From Candidatus Latescibacterota bacterium (lineage in GTDB: Bacteria; Latescibacterota; CBDEFO01), in contig OZ252149.1 of the NCBI GenBank assembly GCA_965248755.1, forward strand, positions 992,001 to 1,056,000: 64,000 bases of DNA, given 5' to 3'. Position numbers and translations under genes: made by a program. The notes under the pieces are model-generated. The model made no database searches. It saw nothing but the letters and a program-made list of their open reading frames with translations, and was not told the DNA's origin. Positions 62,739 to 64,000 of this stretch are shown in pieces. Each line of letters starts with the position of its first letter. The first letter of the stretch is position 1.

Positions 62739-62870
62739 AAAAGAAAATGTGGCAAATTCTTAAGAAATACGATCTTTTCGAACCACAGGAGGATTTGACG
62801 CTGAAAGTTTAAGATCTTAAGGAATCGTTGGGGGGCTATTTCGTAGTTTCAGGAAGGTGCGAAGAAAACA

Positions 62871-64000
62871 TCAACGATCAGTGTACACCGGATCTTCGGT
62901 CTCTGCGGAACGCGCATCTGACGGCTGCTGATAATCTTCGTGGATTCCGGCTATCTTCAGATCAGCGTGCTGTTGGATCCAATCGGGATATTCCAAGTAG
63001 GGATCGTTGCAAACGAGCCACGGGTCTCTGAAGAATATCTCGTTGTTACCAAACTTAACTGTGACCACCTTTCCATCTATCAACAACAGATCTACTCTCT
63101 CGGATTTTGTGGCATGATGTACTTCCCGACCGCTTCGTATCCTAATGCTCCTATATTGAACCTTAAGTACATAATCTCCGGGCTTAAGGCCTTTGAACAT
63201 AATACCGTTGCTGGTATCTGGAATCTCAGAGACATCTAACTTTACGCCATTCAGATAGACGGAAAGCCTATCTGGCTCAATGCTCTTGTAGGAAGGCACT
63301 CTCAAAAGGGCAAGGTATGCTTCTGTGCTAGCCACCTTGTTTTTCTCTTCTCCCCCAAGCTCAGCGACTCGCGGTGTACGCTTCAACCACATGGGGATAG
63401 GTCTCGTCTTCACTATGGAAGACGGAGCGTGTGTAAGGGTGTAGACGATAAGGTTCACGCCGAACTGGAGATATCTCTCGCCACGGGCACGCAAGATACC
63501 GGCTGCGCTTAAGAGAACTGCAAGCCTGTCATCTATCCAGACTCCTTCCAGATAATCATTCGTATAGTTGGGCCTCGGGATCGGTGGACCGTCTTCAAAG
63601 TCGTAGAAGGCATGAAAGAGGGGATGAGCGTTAGAAATTCTTCGGAATTCAGGCTCCCTGCCCAGCGAGTCCCTCAAGGCCTCTTTGAGATATATCTTCA
63701 TCTGTCTGATAGATTGACTCTGTTCGAATCCTCCGCTCGAATCTACAAAGAGCGTGCCGCCGCCTCTGAGGTAGATACCCAAGTTCTCAATCTCAAATTG
63801 ATTCAACAGGACTGAGCTGCCACCCATATATATAAGCGGAGCCGAAAAGATAGAACGGGAACTCAGCCGAATGGTGACATCCTTTATCTCCGTGCCGATA
63901 ATTGTGTAGTCCCTCACATAGCGCAGGAGGTTATCGACTGTTACGTTCGTAAAGGATGGTCTTCCCCATTGATTTCTAAAGTGGACGAAAGCCATCTTGA
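62871..64000 (-). CDS. DUF4159 domain protein, possibly 5'-truncated by the window edge
   Basis: PLIYMGG, YLRGGGTLFVD, HPLFHAFYDF, LEGVWIDDRLAV and FGVNLIVY motifs. Confidence 0.75.
   Translation of the reverse strand, partial: KMAFVHFRNQWGRPSFTNVTVDNLLRYVRDYTIIGTEIKDVTIRLSSRSIFSAPLIYMGGSSVLLNQFEIENLGIYLRGGGTLFVDSSGGFEQSQSIRQMKIYLKEALRDSLGREPEFRRISNAHPLFHAFYDFEDGPPIPRPNYTNDYLEGVWIDDRLAVLLSAAGILRARGERYLQFGVNLIVYTLTHAPSSIVKTRPIPMWLKRTPRVAELGGEEKNKVASTEAYLALLRVPSYKSIEPDRLSVYLNGVKLDVSEIPDTSNGIMFKGLKPGDYVLKVQYRSIRIRSGREVHHATKSERVDLLLIDGKVVTVKFGNNEIFFRDPWLVCNDPYLEYPDWIQQHADLKIAGIHEDYQQPSDARSAETEDPVYTDR

Overview
Bacterial chromosomal window, almost entirely minus-strand. Gene content (PorU/PorV-like genes, FlgD/T9SS-type C-terminal sorting domains, hrcA-grpE-dnaJ without dnaK) suggests a non-Bacteroidetes FCB-group lineage such as Latescibacterota or KSB1; this is inference. 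From left to right: (1) an AT-richer, tandemly duplicated secreted-protein cassette (CTD protein, CBM9-like/TPR protein, M15-type Zn peptidase, HEAT protein); (2) peptide ABC genes, a lipoate ligase and the ndk-yceD-rpmF-plsX-fabHDG-acpP-fabF-rnc operon, with an Mrr-like nuclease inserted; (3) a ~15 kb T9SS-like cluster whose PorU-like sortase has Ser at the catalytic Cys position; (4) the CIRCE-controlled hrcA-grpE-dnaJ-prmA-rsmE-HIT operon; (5) cvpA and a small envelope operon ending in a circularly permuted DUF3179 pseudogene; (6) a bacterial microcompartment locus (2 BMC-H, 3 BMC-P plus a remnant, aldehyde dehydrogenase, class II aldolase) interleaved with unrelated genes and facing a ribbon-helix-helix-like gene with a perfect palindrome; (7) a candidate ~215 nt structured ncRNA, smc, an ICL/PEP-mutase family gene, an AT-rich Ca/Na antiporter, an internally deleted IS982-like element, mutS2 and a DUF4159 gene. 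Several nested REP-like palindrome families fill the intergenic spaces, and one (CCCGATTAAATCGGG / CCCGATAGATTCAATCGGG) also sits in frame inside smc, mutS2 and a secreted protein. I found no rRNA, tRNA or CRISPR array. All calls come from reading motifs by eye; no database searches were run.
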